A stretch of DNA of 63,976 nt, counting the filler, from Thraustochytrium aureum (lineage: Eukaryota): NCBI GenBank assembly GCA_012862495.1. It is 8 parts of 5 records of this genome, joined end to end, with 100 filler letters (N's around TTAATTAATTAA, not from the genome) between each part and the next. Parts side by side here need not be neighbours in the genome. Positions count along the whole stretch, not along the records: positions 1 to 18,818 come from BLSG01000216.1; positions 18,919 to 41,476 come from BLSG01000217.1; 6 more parts are not named here. One strand, written 5' to 3'. The notes under the pieces are model-generated. The model saw nothing but the letters and a program-made list of their open reading frames with translations. It did not search any database and had not been told where the DNA came from. This document shows, piece by piece, positions 11,699 to 22,381 of this stretch (within the stretch, counting starts at the first letter, position 1; each line of letters opens with the position of its first letter). The position numbers were made by a program, and so were the translations under genes.

Positions 11699-12561
11699 CC
11701 TGGAGGCCCGGACTGGATNNNNNNNNNNNNNNNNNNNNNNNNNNNNNNNNNNNNNNNNNNNNNNNNNNNNNNNNNNNNNNNNNNNNNNNNNNNNNNNNNN
11801 NNNNNNNNNNNNNNNNNNNNNNNNNNNNNNNNNNNNNNNNNNNNNNNNNNNNNNNNNNNNNNNNNNNNNNNNNNNNNNNNNNNNNNNNNNNNNNNNNNNN
11901 NNNNNNNNNNNNNNNNNNNNNNNNNNNNNNNNNNNNNNNNNNNNNNNNNNNNNNNNNNNNNNNNNNNNNNNNNNNNNNNNNNNNNNNNNNNNNNNNNNNN
12001 NNNNNNNNNNNNNNNNNNNNNNNNNNNNNNNNNNNNNNNNNNNNNNNNNNNNNNNNNNNNNNNNNNNNNNNNNNNNNNNNNNNNNNNNNNNNNNNNNNNN
12101 NNNNNNNNNNNNNNNNNNNNNNNNNNNNNNNNNNNNNNNNNNNNNNNNNNNNNNNNNNNNNNNNNNNNNNNNNNNNNNNNNNNNNNNNNNNNNNNNNNNN
12201 NNNNNNNNNNNNNNNNNNNNNNNNNNNNNNNNNNNNNNNNNNNNNNNNNNNNNNNNNNNNNNNNNNNNNNNNNNNNNNNNNNNNNNNNNNNNNNNNNNNN
12301 NNNNNNNNNNNNNNNNNNNNNNNNNNNNNNNNNNNNNNNNNNNNNNNNNNNNNNNNNNNNNNNNNNNNNNNNNNNNNNNNNNNNNNNNNNNNNNNNNNNN
12401 NNNNNNNNNNNNNNNNNNNNNNNNNNNNNNNNNNNNNNNNNNNNNNNNNNNNNNNNNNNNNNNNNNNNNNNNNNNNNNNNNNNNNNNNNNNNNNNNNNNN
12501 NNNNNNNNNNNNNNNNNNNNNNNNNNNNNNNNNNNNNNNNNNNNNNNNNNNNNNNNNNNNN

Positions 12562-13416
12562 GAAGCGCCGCTCTAATTGGGTTGTCTTTTGGATGTGCTG
12601 GGTGGTGAGTTGAGACTTGAGCGTCCGCTGGTCGTCTTGCCCAGCTTGGCGAAGCTGGGCCAGCCTCTTTTGTGCGAATGCTCTCGCCCGCTCAAGCTGC
12701 TCTTCGTGCTGGCGCTTGAGAAACTGCACGCGCTGCTGGTTGAGGGCGTCAAGGGCTGCGCTGTTAGCTGCCCAGCGCTCCCGGAAGAGAGCGCCTGCCT
12801 GAGCAACGGAATCCCGAAGGAGAGACGCCTTGGCGTCCAGGGCGCTCTGCATCGAGTCGCGCGTAGTACTCCAGTGCACTGCAAGAAACTCTGCGAGCTG
12901 GTCAAAGTGGCGGTTGGTTTCTTCGGCGCTAGGTGCGGTCTGGCCCGCAGCTGGGCGGTGCATGGACTGCAGCAGGACAAGAAACTCTTGGGCATGGGCC
13001 TGCAGCTCGCGGAGTCGAAGAACGCAGTCTTCGTCGTGTGCGTCGCTAGCCGAGACCACTCGCTCTTGCAGTGCCTCGATGGCCTGCTCGGTTAGCTTTT
13101 CTTCGCTCCTCGCGAGCTCGTCCCAGCCGTCGCTCGGCTCGTCGGCGAATAGAGCCAGTCGAGCGTTGCGCGGCAGCTCTGGCGCCCAAGCTGCGAAGCC
13201 GTCCTCCTCCGCTCCAGCGCATTGCTCCAGCCGCCCGCCGCCTCGACCAGGCCTTCTCGGTCTCTCTTCTCGCCCCCTTCCGCCGTGTTGTGGGGGGCTG
13301 TCGAGCCCGTCCCATGCCTGCGCGCCGGGCATCCGCCCAGCCTCGCGCTGCCACCGTTCGTCGTGACTCGAGCACCCTCGACCTTCCAAAGCGCCGCCGG
13401 GGCAGAGCTCCAGCAC
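12562..13416 (-). CDS. Uncharacterised coiled-coil protein (partial, runs into gap)
   Basis: Long open frame with Q/E/R/A/L-rich heptad character (ALDALNQQRVQFLKRQHEEQLERARAFAQKRLAQLRQ). No family recognised and the start is uncertain. Confidence 0.5.
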
Positions 13417-13682
13417 CGCCCTAAGGACATCAGGCGGGTCCCGCGCAAGTCGGAGCAGCCAGCGAGCCCCTCGGCCAGCTCGCGCTCGCGCAGGTCTGCG
13501 GTCGCGCGGCGTCCAGTTGCGTACTTGGTGGAGTTCTCGTCAACAGCTCAACGGATTTCTTTCGTGTGTTCCCCGTTCTACTACAAAGTTACTCACGTTG
13601 CATCCACGCCGCAGTTCACGGCTTGCCCCACATCCCGAGCTCCTGGACCGCAGTCGACATCGGGACCTGGCGCTTGCGTGGC

Positions 13683-13765
13683 AGGCTGTCTGTCTGTCTG
13701 TCCAAGTCTGTCTGTCTGGCCCTCAGTCTGTCTGGCTGGCTCGTTGGCTGGCTGGCTCGCTGGCT
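13683..13765. repeat. Imperfect (GTCT)n/(GGCT)n tetranucleotide tract
   Basis: ctgtctgtctgtctgtcc...gtctggctggctcgttggctggctggctcgctggc in intergenic DNA. Confidence 0.75.
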
Positions 13766-14467
13766 TGTGTTGTTGCACGCCTCTGCACATGGGCTATCTT
13801 GCACAGGGCGGCTGGCTGCCCATGCGAAACCAACCCCAGGCTGGTCCATCTTGCCCGGTCATTACCTACCGGTACTTACCTGCTCGAGTAAGTTACACTT
13901 GCCTCGTCCACACTCGCGCCGTCGAGAGCGGCCACGCCGTTGGGCTGCTCATGGGCCAACCACCCGGAGTAGCGGATGGGCCAACCGACCACACAGAGCA
14001 GGGGGTCGGTTTTCATGCTCGCCGACTCGGTCTGCTGGACAAGCCGAGTGACGAGGATCGACAACCGCCGGGGCTTCCCGGCGAGACGCCGACGATCGAT
14101 CGCGGATCGATTCGCTAGGAACGTAGAGTAGCATGGTGAGAAGTACTCGAGTACGCCAGTCCTCCACTGGAGAAGCTTTCCAGCAAGGAGGATCCTCCTT
14201 GCTTCGAGCGCCTGCGGCCAACTCGCCGAGGGTTGGCGTGCCGTCAGGCCCGGTCCGGATTCTCCTTCGAATCCGAGATCTTCTGCGACACATTCAAGAG
14301 CCGGCCAAATGGCGCGGTGACGATGCTCGGCCGGGCTTCGCAACGAGATGGCCCGCGGGCGCCTCGCGAGCGGGCTTGGCGCAGGCAAAGCCACAACAAG
14401 AGCTGGATAGGCCTACTAGTAGATCGTTGGATCGTTCGAAAGCAACGCCGCAGAGCAACTCGAGGTG

Positions 14468-15031
14468 ATGGGGGTGAAAGTCGGCGTTTTGGTTGTCGGT
14501 GGTGGGACAGGCGGCTTGAGCGCGATGCTCGCCTTGGGACGCGCGCGAGTCACCGCCGTGATGCTCAACGCCGGGAACCCGCGGAATGTGGTCGCGCATC
14601 ACGCCAACGGGGTCTTCTCGCGCGACCATACTCCGCCTGACGTTCTCTACAAAGCAGCTCGCGGAGACCTCGAGCGTTACGAGACCGTCAAAGAGGTCCG
14701 GGCGCGCGTGACCAGCGTTGAGCCGCTCGGGTTGGAGGCCCCTTTAAGGTCACCGCAGTAAGTGAGGACAAGGACGCGACTGTACTCAAGTACACCGCCG
14801 AGAAGCTCATCCTGGCCATGGGCGTCACCGAGTGCTTCCAGACATACCTGGCATGAGGGGAGAACTGGGGCAAGCTCATCGCGCAGTGCCCTTTCTGCCA
14901 CGGCTTCGAGGTGGAGGGCGACCGCCTGGGGATCTTCATGCCGCCGGCGGGACCGGTCGAACAGTATGTGTTCATGATCCGCAAGTGGTCCAAGAACCTC
15001 GCCGTTTTCACCAACGGAGCCGAGCTCTCCG
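14468..15031 (+). CDS. NAD(P)/FAD-dependent thioredoxin-reductase-like oxidoreductase with CxxC (partial, frameshifted)
   Basis: FAD motif VLVVGGGTGGLSAMLALGRAR, NAGNPRN, KLILAMGV, then DIPG..ENWGKLIAQCPFCHGFEVEG when read across frameshifts near 14740 and 14840-14860. The 3' end is in the gap. Confidence 0.8.
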
Positions 15032-15793
15032 NNNNNNNNNNNNNNNNNNNNNNNNNNNNNNNNNNNNNNNNNNNNNNNNNNNNNNNNNNNNNNNNNNNNN
15101 NNNNNNNNNNNNNNNNNNNNNNNNNNNNNNNNNNNNNNNNNNNNNNNNNNNNNNNNNNNNNNNNNNNNNNNNNNNNNNNNNNNNNNNNNNNNNNNNNNNN
15201 NNNNNNNNNNNNNNNNNNNNNNNNNNNNNNNNNNNNNNNNNNNNNNNNNNNNNNNNNNNNNNNNNNNNNNNNNNNNNNNNNNNNNNNNNNNNNNNNNNNN
15301 NNNNNNNNNNNNNNNNNNNNNNNNNNNNNNNNNNNNNNNNNNNNNNNNNNNNNNNNNNNNNNNNNNNNNNNNNNNNNNNNNNNNNNNNNNNNNNNNNNNN
15401 NNNNNNNNNNNNNNNNNNNNNNNNNNNNNNNNNNNNNNNNNNNNNNNNNNNNNNNNNNNNNNNNNNNNNNNNNNNNNNNNNNNNNNNNNNNNNNNNNNNN
15501 NNNNNNNNNNNNNNNNNNNNNNNNNNNNNNNNNNNNNNNNNNNNNNNNNNNNNNNNNNNNNNNNNNNNNNNNNNNNNNNNNNNNNNNNNNNNNNNNNNNN
15601 NNNNNNNNNNNNNNNNNNNNNNNNNNNNNNNNNNNNNNNNNNNNNNNNNNNNNNNNNNNNNNNNNNNNNNNNNNNNNNNNNNNNNNNNNNNNNNNNNNNN
15701 NNNNNNNNNNNNNNNNNNNNNNNNNNNNNNNNNNNNNNNNNNNNNNNNNNNNNNNNNNNNNNNNNNNNNNNNNNNNNNNNNNNNNNNNNNNNN

Positions 15794-16390
15794 CCTACAA
15801 AGGCTCTTGCGCAGGCGGTCGCGTTCGAATGGGACCGGCAGGAGCGCAGCATCGAGCCTGCGGCGATGCCGTTGATGACGCTGGCCTGCACGGCAATCGA
15901 CATCGCCGAGGCGCGGCGCGAGTCCACAACGGTAGAGCTGCTCCGGTACTTTGACACGGACACAATTCTGTTTCCAGGGGATCCGGAGGACACGGACCGC
16001 GGGCTGCTCAAGCTCCAAAAGCAGCGGTGGCGCCCGCTGGTTCGTTGGATGAGCGAGACGTATGGCCCAGTGAGCGAGTGCCACGGCATGATGATCGACC
16101 CACAGCCTGCGGAAACAGTGGCAGCCATCGCCCGAGAGATCGGGGCCATGAACAAGTGGCAGTTTTCGGGTATTGAGACGCTCACGACGGGATGCAAGTC
16201 GATCATCATTCCGCTGGCCATTTTCCGTGGCAAGATCACCCCCGTTGAGGCAGTGTACGCTTCGCGCGTGGAAGAGGAGCACCAGGTGAAGATGTGGGGC
16301 CTCGTGGAGGGCGGCCACGACGTTGATCGCGCCAACGTGACGGCGCAGATTGCGGCGGCCTCCGTCTTTCTCAAGCTCGTGTCCTCGTAG
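15794..16390 (+). CDS. ATP12: ATP synthase F1 assembly chaperone ATP12/ATPAF2 (5' end in gap)
   Basis: ALAQAVAFEWDRQERSIEPAAMPLMTLACTAID...YFDTDTILF...KSIIIPLAI...ASRVEEEHQVKMWGLVEGGHDVDRA. Confidence 0.92.
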   Translation, partial: PTKALAQAVAFEWDRQERSIEPAAMPLMTLACTAIDIAEARRESTTVELLRYFDTDTILFPGDPEDTDRGLLKLQKQRWRPLVRWMSETYGPVSECHGMMIDPQPAETVAAIAREIGAMNKWQFSGIETLTTGCKSIIIPLAIFRGKITPVEAVYASRVEEEHQVKMWGLVEGGHDVDRANVTAQIAAASVFLKLVSS

Positions 16391-17439
16391 GCAGAGAAAG
16401 ACCCAAAGCCAGTCGATTCCCTTCCCCCTTGCAGTCAATTTTTGAGCTTGTCATTTTCTTGAAATCAAGAAAGATCAGATCAATCAGCTGGTCATCTCCG
16501 GCTGCTCCACGAAGAGTTGTTTGCTTGGTGCAACTATTCCGACCGGCAACAAGTTTGTCACGGACGTTTCGTGTCCCCATCGCCAGGCCATTCATTATCC
16601 GTCAGGCGCTGTACCAACTTTAGGCTTTTGGTTGCCAGTCTGGTTCCTATGGGACTGGTCTGGGGGCTCTTCAGCACGCGGTCTCCATCGCGCGCAGAGA
16701 TGTCCCGTCTTGGCTGCATAAGGAGGCAGCCGAACACGCCAATACTTTCTCTCGTAGTTCATTCACCCCAGAAACACCATGGATCATGAAGAAAGGCTCG
16801 CGAAAGAAACAGTTGCGCCCACCTGACGACGTGCCGAGCCGAGCCGTCGGATCGACATGGGAAAGGATTTCACTGCGAGATCGGAGTTGGTAATCTTAGT
16901 TTGTTGTTGTCTCGAGCGGCCGAAGGCACGCGGCACCAAACAGTCAAGCTTGGCGGCGCGGCAGCCTCGGCGGCCGCAGAGGCGGGCCTATGCGCCCACT
17001 ATCATGCGCAGACAGCAAAGCGGCAGAAGCCCATTCTGACCGGCGCTCGCGGAGCGGAACCGGGATTGAAGCAACTGCACGAGCTGGCGCGCGCGACTCG
17101 CAAAGCTGAGCAAGCTCGACGCGGCTCAGTGCTCCCAGCTGATAAGGCCTTTGCCATCGTTGATGGAGCCNNNNNNNNNNNNNNNNNNNNNNNNNNNNNN
17201 NNNNNNNNNNNNNNNNNNNNNNNNNNNNNNNNNNNNNNNNNNNNNNNNNNNNNNNNNNNNNNNNNNNNNNNNNNNNNNNNNNNNNNNNNNNNNNNNNNNN
17301 NNNNNNNNNNNNNNNNNNNNNNNNNNNNNNNNNNNNNNNNNNNNNNNNNNNNNNNNNNNNNNNNNNNNNNNNNNNNNNNNNNNNNNNNNNNNNNNNNNNN
17401 NNNNNNNNNNNNNNNNNNNNNNNNNNNNNNNNNNNNNNN

Positions 17440-18817
17440 GAGAGAATGGCCATGAGCTTCATGACGATGTTGAGCGCCGGGCCGGACGTGTCCTTGAGCG
17501 GGTCGCCAACGGTGTCGCCGACGACAGCAGCCTTGTGGATCTCCGAGCCCTTGGGCTGCTGCACACCGTCGACGTAGACGCAGCCCTTCTCGACGTACTT
17601 CTTTGCGTTGTCCCAAGCGCCGCCAGTGTTGGAGGCGGAGATGGCCATCTGCACGGAGGAGGAGATGGCGCCAGCGAGGAGGCCGGCAACAGCCGGGCGG
17701 CCGAAGAAGATGCCAGCGAGCAGCGGCGACGACATGACGAGGATGCCCGGCGGGACCATCTCGCGGAGCGAGGCGTTGGTGGAGATCTCAATGCAGCGGG
17801 CATGGTCGGGCGGGGCATGGCCCGGCTCGCCAGTGAGCAGGCCCGGGATGGTCTGGAACTGGCGCTCGACCTCCTTGACCATCTCGTTGGCAGCGAGGCC
17901 GACCGACTTCATGGTCATGGCGGAGAACCAGTACGGGATCATGGCGCCGATGAGAAGCATGGCAAAGATGACGGGGGACAGGATGGACACATCCGCCTTG
18001 CCCAGGTCGCTCCGCTTGATGAAGGCACCAAAGAGAGCCAGGCCCACGAGGCAGGCCGAGCCGATGGCAAAGCCCTTGCCGATGGCGGCGGTCGTGTTGC
18101 CTGCGGCGTCGAGCGCGTCGGTCTTCTCGCGAACCTCCTCCGGGAAGCCAGCCATTTCAGCGATGCCGCCAGCGTTGTCGCAGACCGGGCCGTACACGTC
18201 GATGGTGAGGCAGGTTGCGAGCGTGCCGAGCATGCCGAGCGCGGCGAGGGACACACCGTACATGTCGAGCATGTTGAAGCTAAAGTAGACGACGAAAGCG
18301 AGCAGGAAGACCGGGATGATGACGGACTTGTAGCCGAGCGCGAGGCCGTAGATGATGTTGGTGGCGGCGCCGGTCTCGCAGGACTGGGCCACTTCGCGCG
18401 TCGGCTGGTACGAGTGCGAGGTGTAGTACTCGGTGACGAAGCCGATGATGGCTCCGGCCCAGAGTCCAGCCCAAATGCACGAGACGGCCTTGAAGGGGGT
18501 GCCGGAGATCTTGGGCTCGGTCGGGGCGCCAGAGATGGCGACCTCAAAGCTGTCCGGGAGCACAGTGAAGGCGATGGGGATGATGGCGACAGTCATGAGG
18601 AGGCTGGAGATGCCGATCTGGATCTTGAGCACCTTCTCGACGTCGGCCTCCTTTTGCACGGGCGACACGTGGGTGGCCACGAACGAGGTCACGAGGCAGA
18701 CAAGGATGCCAACGGCAGAGATGTAGAGCGGAAACATGAGCGCGGCCCAGCCCTCGGCGGCGATCTCGGCGATGCCGCCCGAGACGACGAGAGCGGCGCA
18801 GCTGGCCTCGGCGAAGC
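17440..18817 (-). CDS. Vacuolar H+-translocating pyrophosphatase, K+-dependent type (partial, both ends missing)
   Basis: EYYTS, TGAATNIIYGLALGYKS, DVYGPVCDNAGGIAEM, DALDAAGNTTAAIGKGFAIGSA, NTGGAWDNAKKY, GDTVGDPLKDTSGPALNIVMKLM. Strong C/G third-position codon bias. Confidence 0.97.
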
Positions 18818-18862
18818 TNNNNNNNNNNNNNNNNNNNNNNNNNNNNNNNNNNNNNNNNNNNN

Positions 18863-18874
18863 TTAATTAATTAA
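18863..18874. other. Artificial scaffold-joining spacer TTAATTAATTAA
   Basis: 12-mer with stops in all six frames, flanked by about 44-45 N on each side. Identical copies occur seven times. Confidence 0.97.
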
Positions 18875-18941
18875 NNNNNNNNNNNNNNNNNNNNNNNNNN
18901 NNNNNNNNNNNNNNNNNNGAACCCAGCTGCACAATGGGTCA

Positions 18942-20467
18942 TCAATAGCAGTTGACGGAATCTGTACCCAAAAAGGGCTTTCGAGGTCCGCATACAGAGC
19001 AGTGCGCGCGGTCGAACCCCGATAGTGTCGGACGACCCATCCCATCCACTAACTTCGGTACGCTGCTGCCCTCCTGAAAGCTGCACTGGTGCCGTGTTTC
19101 TACGGATTCAGGGTCGTTACGATGTTCGCACTCTTTGTGGAAGGCGGCAAGAATTTGGGCTGCGAGATTGTCTGCTGCGAGCTTGTCCATGACGACTGGT
19201 TCGCCCAAATTTCGCATGTCGGCGGCATAGAAGCCCAGCCCAAGTGTGCTTGCGATGTTTTGAAAGAGCATACTTGTGTAGTGGTGATTTTGCTTGAGCT
19301 CCACAAGCATAGATGGCCTTCCGGGCAGGAATGTCGCATATGCAAGCCCGGCGCCGTGTAACCCCATGAGTACATCGGTGTCCCGTAAGAGCTCGAGCGA
19401 GTCCTTGATTGGGGAGAGGAGCCGCGCACGCTCCTCTGGCGGCGTGTCGTGCTGGACCCAGCGTTTACTTCGTGCCAAGTATTTTTCCCCGTCCATTACC
19501 GTGACATTGAACCCAACTCGAACGAGCGCGGGTTCGAGATCCCGTGTATAGTTTTGCATTCTTCGCCCGCCAAAGTCGCGAGGGATGAAGGTGAGTCGAG
19601 GCTTCACGCTGGGGCTGGTGCAGGCAGACTTGAGCGCGGGCTCGGGTAGGGCATTCAGGATCGTCTTGTACATCCGTTGTCGAAAGGAGCGAATCGTCTT
19701 TACTGTGGTGATTGGCGGTCCCTCTGAAAAGTAAAGCGGAAGGCGATATGTCAAGGTAGGAAGGTACATGATGCGATCAAAGCACGCAGCTTTACGTTTC
19801 GCTCGCCGCCCTTCAAGGCTACCCACCGCTGTACCGAGTGGTAAAAAGCTGCAGCGCCGCCAAACACGGCCACGGGATCGGTAGGGTACGCCGGAGTTCC
19901 AAATAAGAACAAGTCCACTGTGGCTGGGTCCTGCCCAAATTCGGACAGCTTTTGCTCCAGCGGGAGCAGCACGTTGTTTATCACGTGAAAGTTGTTATCT
20001 TCCAGCCACGTGCCGTGGCGAGCGGCTGTCACACTGCGCCAGTCCGTGTCCACTTGCGGAGGCGCCTGTGCGATCCTAAAGGTGGGCTTAACGTGTGGGA
20101 AAATGTAGTCGCCATTTTGAGCAATAACGAAGAACTCCGTGATCTCGACATTGTTAACCAGGAACGTTCTCACCGCCTCAGAGTGGTTGTTGTCACCAAA
20201 GAGGAGCCAAACGTCCGATTCGAGGTCGATGCAGATGTTTCGGAGAATTGTGCCCGTCGCGTTGTGTGCTTCGATCCATGACCACGACCTTTCTGCGCTT
20301 CGAGTCGCAGAGATGGCAAGCCGACGCTCTTCCGGTGGCTTTGGCGGCTGCACGGCAGTAATTACGCTTTGGTCGTTCAGTTCAAGCGAGAAAAGCAAAC
20401 CCACCATAAGCGAGGGAATAATCGCTAGGTAAACCATCGCAACCCATCGACTGCGTGCATGCGTCAT
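18942..20467 (-). CDS. Glycosyltransferase family 61 (DUF563)-like type II membrane protein, one frameshift near 19826
   Basis: N-terminal TM (WVAMVYLAIIPSLMVGLLFSL), NNFHVINNVLLPL, RLTFIPRD..GRRMQN and the GT61-type motif LRDTDVLMGLHGAGLAYATFLP...LVEL. Confidence 0.8.
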
Positions 20468-21053
20468 GCCGAGTTCGTGCCGACGCTGATGCGCGCCCTG
20501 TGACCTTGCCAGCATGCCACCGCAGAGTCTCGTTCACTCCGTCTCACTTCTGGCCCGTCCTCGTCGTTGTTTCTCTGGCACAGAGCTTTGGGCCGCAAGG
20601 CGTGCGCGCCAACGGCCACCGACTGCTCCTCGCTGCCTGCACGTCTCGTTTCGCTCTGAGCCGCGTCGCGCTCGAGATCTTCCGTGCTCTTCGACCAGCC
20701 GGTGGATGTGACTCGCGCCGCGCCGCGCCGCCTTCCTATACCATCGGCAGTTGCACGACACACAGCCTCACTCGCAGGGGTGGCTCTAGAGGTACTAGTA
20801 TTGAAGCGATTGTACCGATAGTTGAACACCAGACTCAAGGACTATAGAGTAGAGTGGTACTCGTTCTTACTTCCTGTGCCCCCCAGAAACTAGTAGCAAA
20901 CCAAGTAGCCTGACTAAGTACAACAAGTAGGCTATCGTACAACCTACTACTCTCTCTAGAGAGTAACCAAATCCAGCCTATTCTCTCTACCTGTACTACT
21001 TAGTTGTTTCACGGGGGTGCGGTGCGAGTCCTTACTAATAGCGATTTTGCCCG

Positions 21054-22153
21054 TTGAGCTCAGCCAGTCGTCTGTCCGCCTCCAATAAGGGCATCAGCGT
21101 TCGCGCGGCAGCTGCCGTGATCAGCTCGTCCCTGCCGCGCAGCGAGCCGCCTTCCCCGGAGAGGTTGGTGCCTGCCAGGACTGACCCCGCTGGCAGCGCC
21201 GGCCAAATGGTGATGGCGCGCACGCTGCGTGAGACCTCGTCTGCCGTTATCAACGCCCAGTCCCTCAACCGTGCGAGTCGCAGAGGCAGCGGCACGAGCA
21301 CGGCGAGCAACAACAGCGCGGCGACGCCAGGTAGGGGCGTGAGGAACCGCTTTCGCAGTTTGGTGGGCAAGGACAGCCACGCTAAGGCAACCGTCGAGGA
21401 CCTTGTGGACGACGTGAACCCAAGTCGTCCGCGTCGTTCGACGTCAGCTACGAGCTTCCCACAGTGCCCGGCGCCACGGACGTTCTCCCGCCGCCCAACC
21501 GCCCGACGCGGGTAGTTGTGCTCAACGACAGGAACAGCATCACCAAGGAGTGCGTCGGCGAGCTCAAGCGTTTCGTGGTCGGCAGCTCCGAAGGCGGCTG
21601 CGTCGCCCTCTTGANNNNNNNNNNNNNNNNNNNNNNNNNNNNNNNNNNNNNNNNNNNNNNNNNNNNNNNNNNNNNNNNNNNNNNNNNNNNNNNNNNNNNN
21701 NNNNNNNNNNNNNNNNNNNNNNNNNNNNNNNNNNNNNNNNNNNNNNNNNNNNNNNNNNNNNNNNNNNNNNNNNNNNNNNNNNNNNNNNNNNNNNNNNNNN
21801 NNNNNNNNNNNNNNNNNNNNNNNNNNNNNNNNNNNNNNNNNNNNNNNNNNNNNNNNNNNNNNNNNNNNNNNNNNNNNNNNNNNNNNNNNNNNNNNNNNNN
21901 NNNNNNNNNNNNNNNNNNNNNNNNNNNNNNNNNNNNNNNNNNNNNNNNNNNNNNNNNNNNNNNNNNNNNNNNNNNNNNNNNNNNNNNNNNNNNNNNNNNN
22001 NNNNCGGACGGCACCATACACGGCGGCGTCAACCCGCACTTTGAGGTCAACAAGGTCTACCGCGTCCACCCGAACCCGAGGCGGTTCGAGTACTACCCGG
22101 TCGGGCCCTGGAGATCAATGTCAAGAGCCAGCATAGAGAGCATGCAAAGCTAG
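21054..22153 (+). CDS. Uncharacterised protein (fragmented by a gap and a frameshift)
   Basis: Open frames on both sides of the gap with coding-like composition (RVVVLNDRNSITKECVGELKRFVVG; DGTIHGGVNPHFEVNKVYRVHPNPRRFEYYPVGPW). No family recognised. Confidence 0.4.
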
Positions 22154-22381
22154 AGCCAGCAAAGCCAGCCAGGCTCACGGCGCGGGTTCATCAGCGGGGT
22201 CTTTGGCGCGCTCCCCGGGTCTGCTCCGACTTGCGAGAGCTCGAGGATCACCCCTGCGGGCAGCTCTTGCGCGCGCGGCGCCTCGCGCGCCCTGTTTGGC
22301 AAGACCCGGCAGAGGACCGCATCCAGGATCCGCGTGGCGGTTGGAGAACATGCAATTTATTAAAGTTGGGAACAGACTGAG

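Noticed and set aside
16857..17170. Short ORFs downstream of ATP12
   Set aside because: No recognisable product, conflicting frames, and truncated by a gap.
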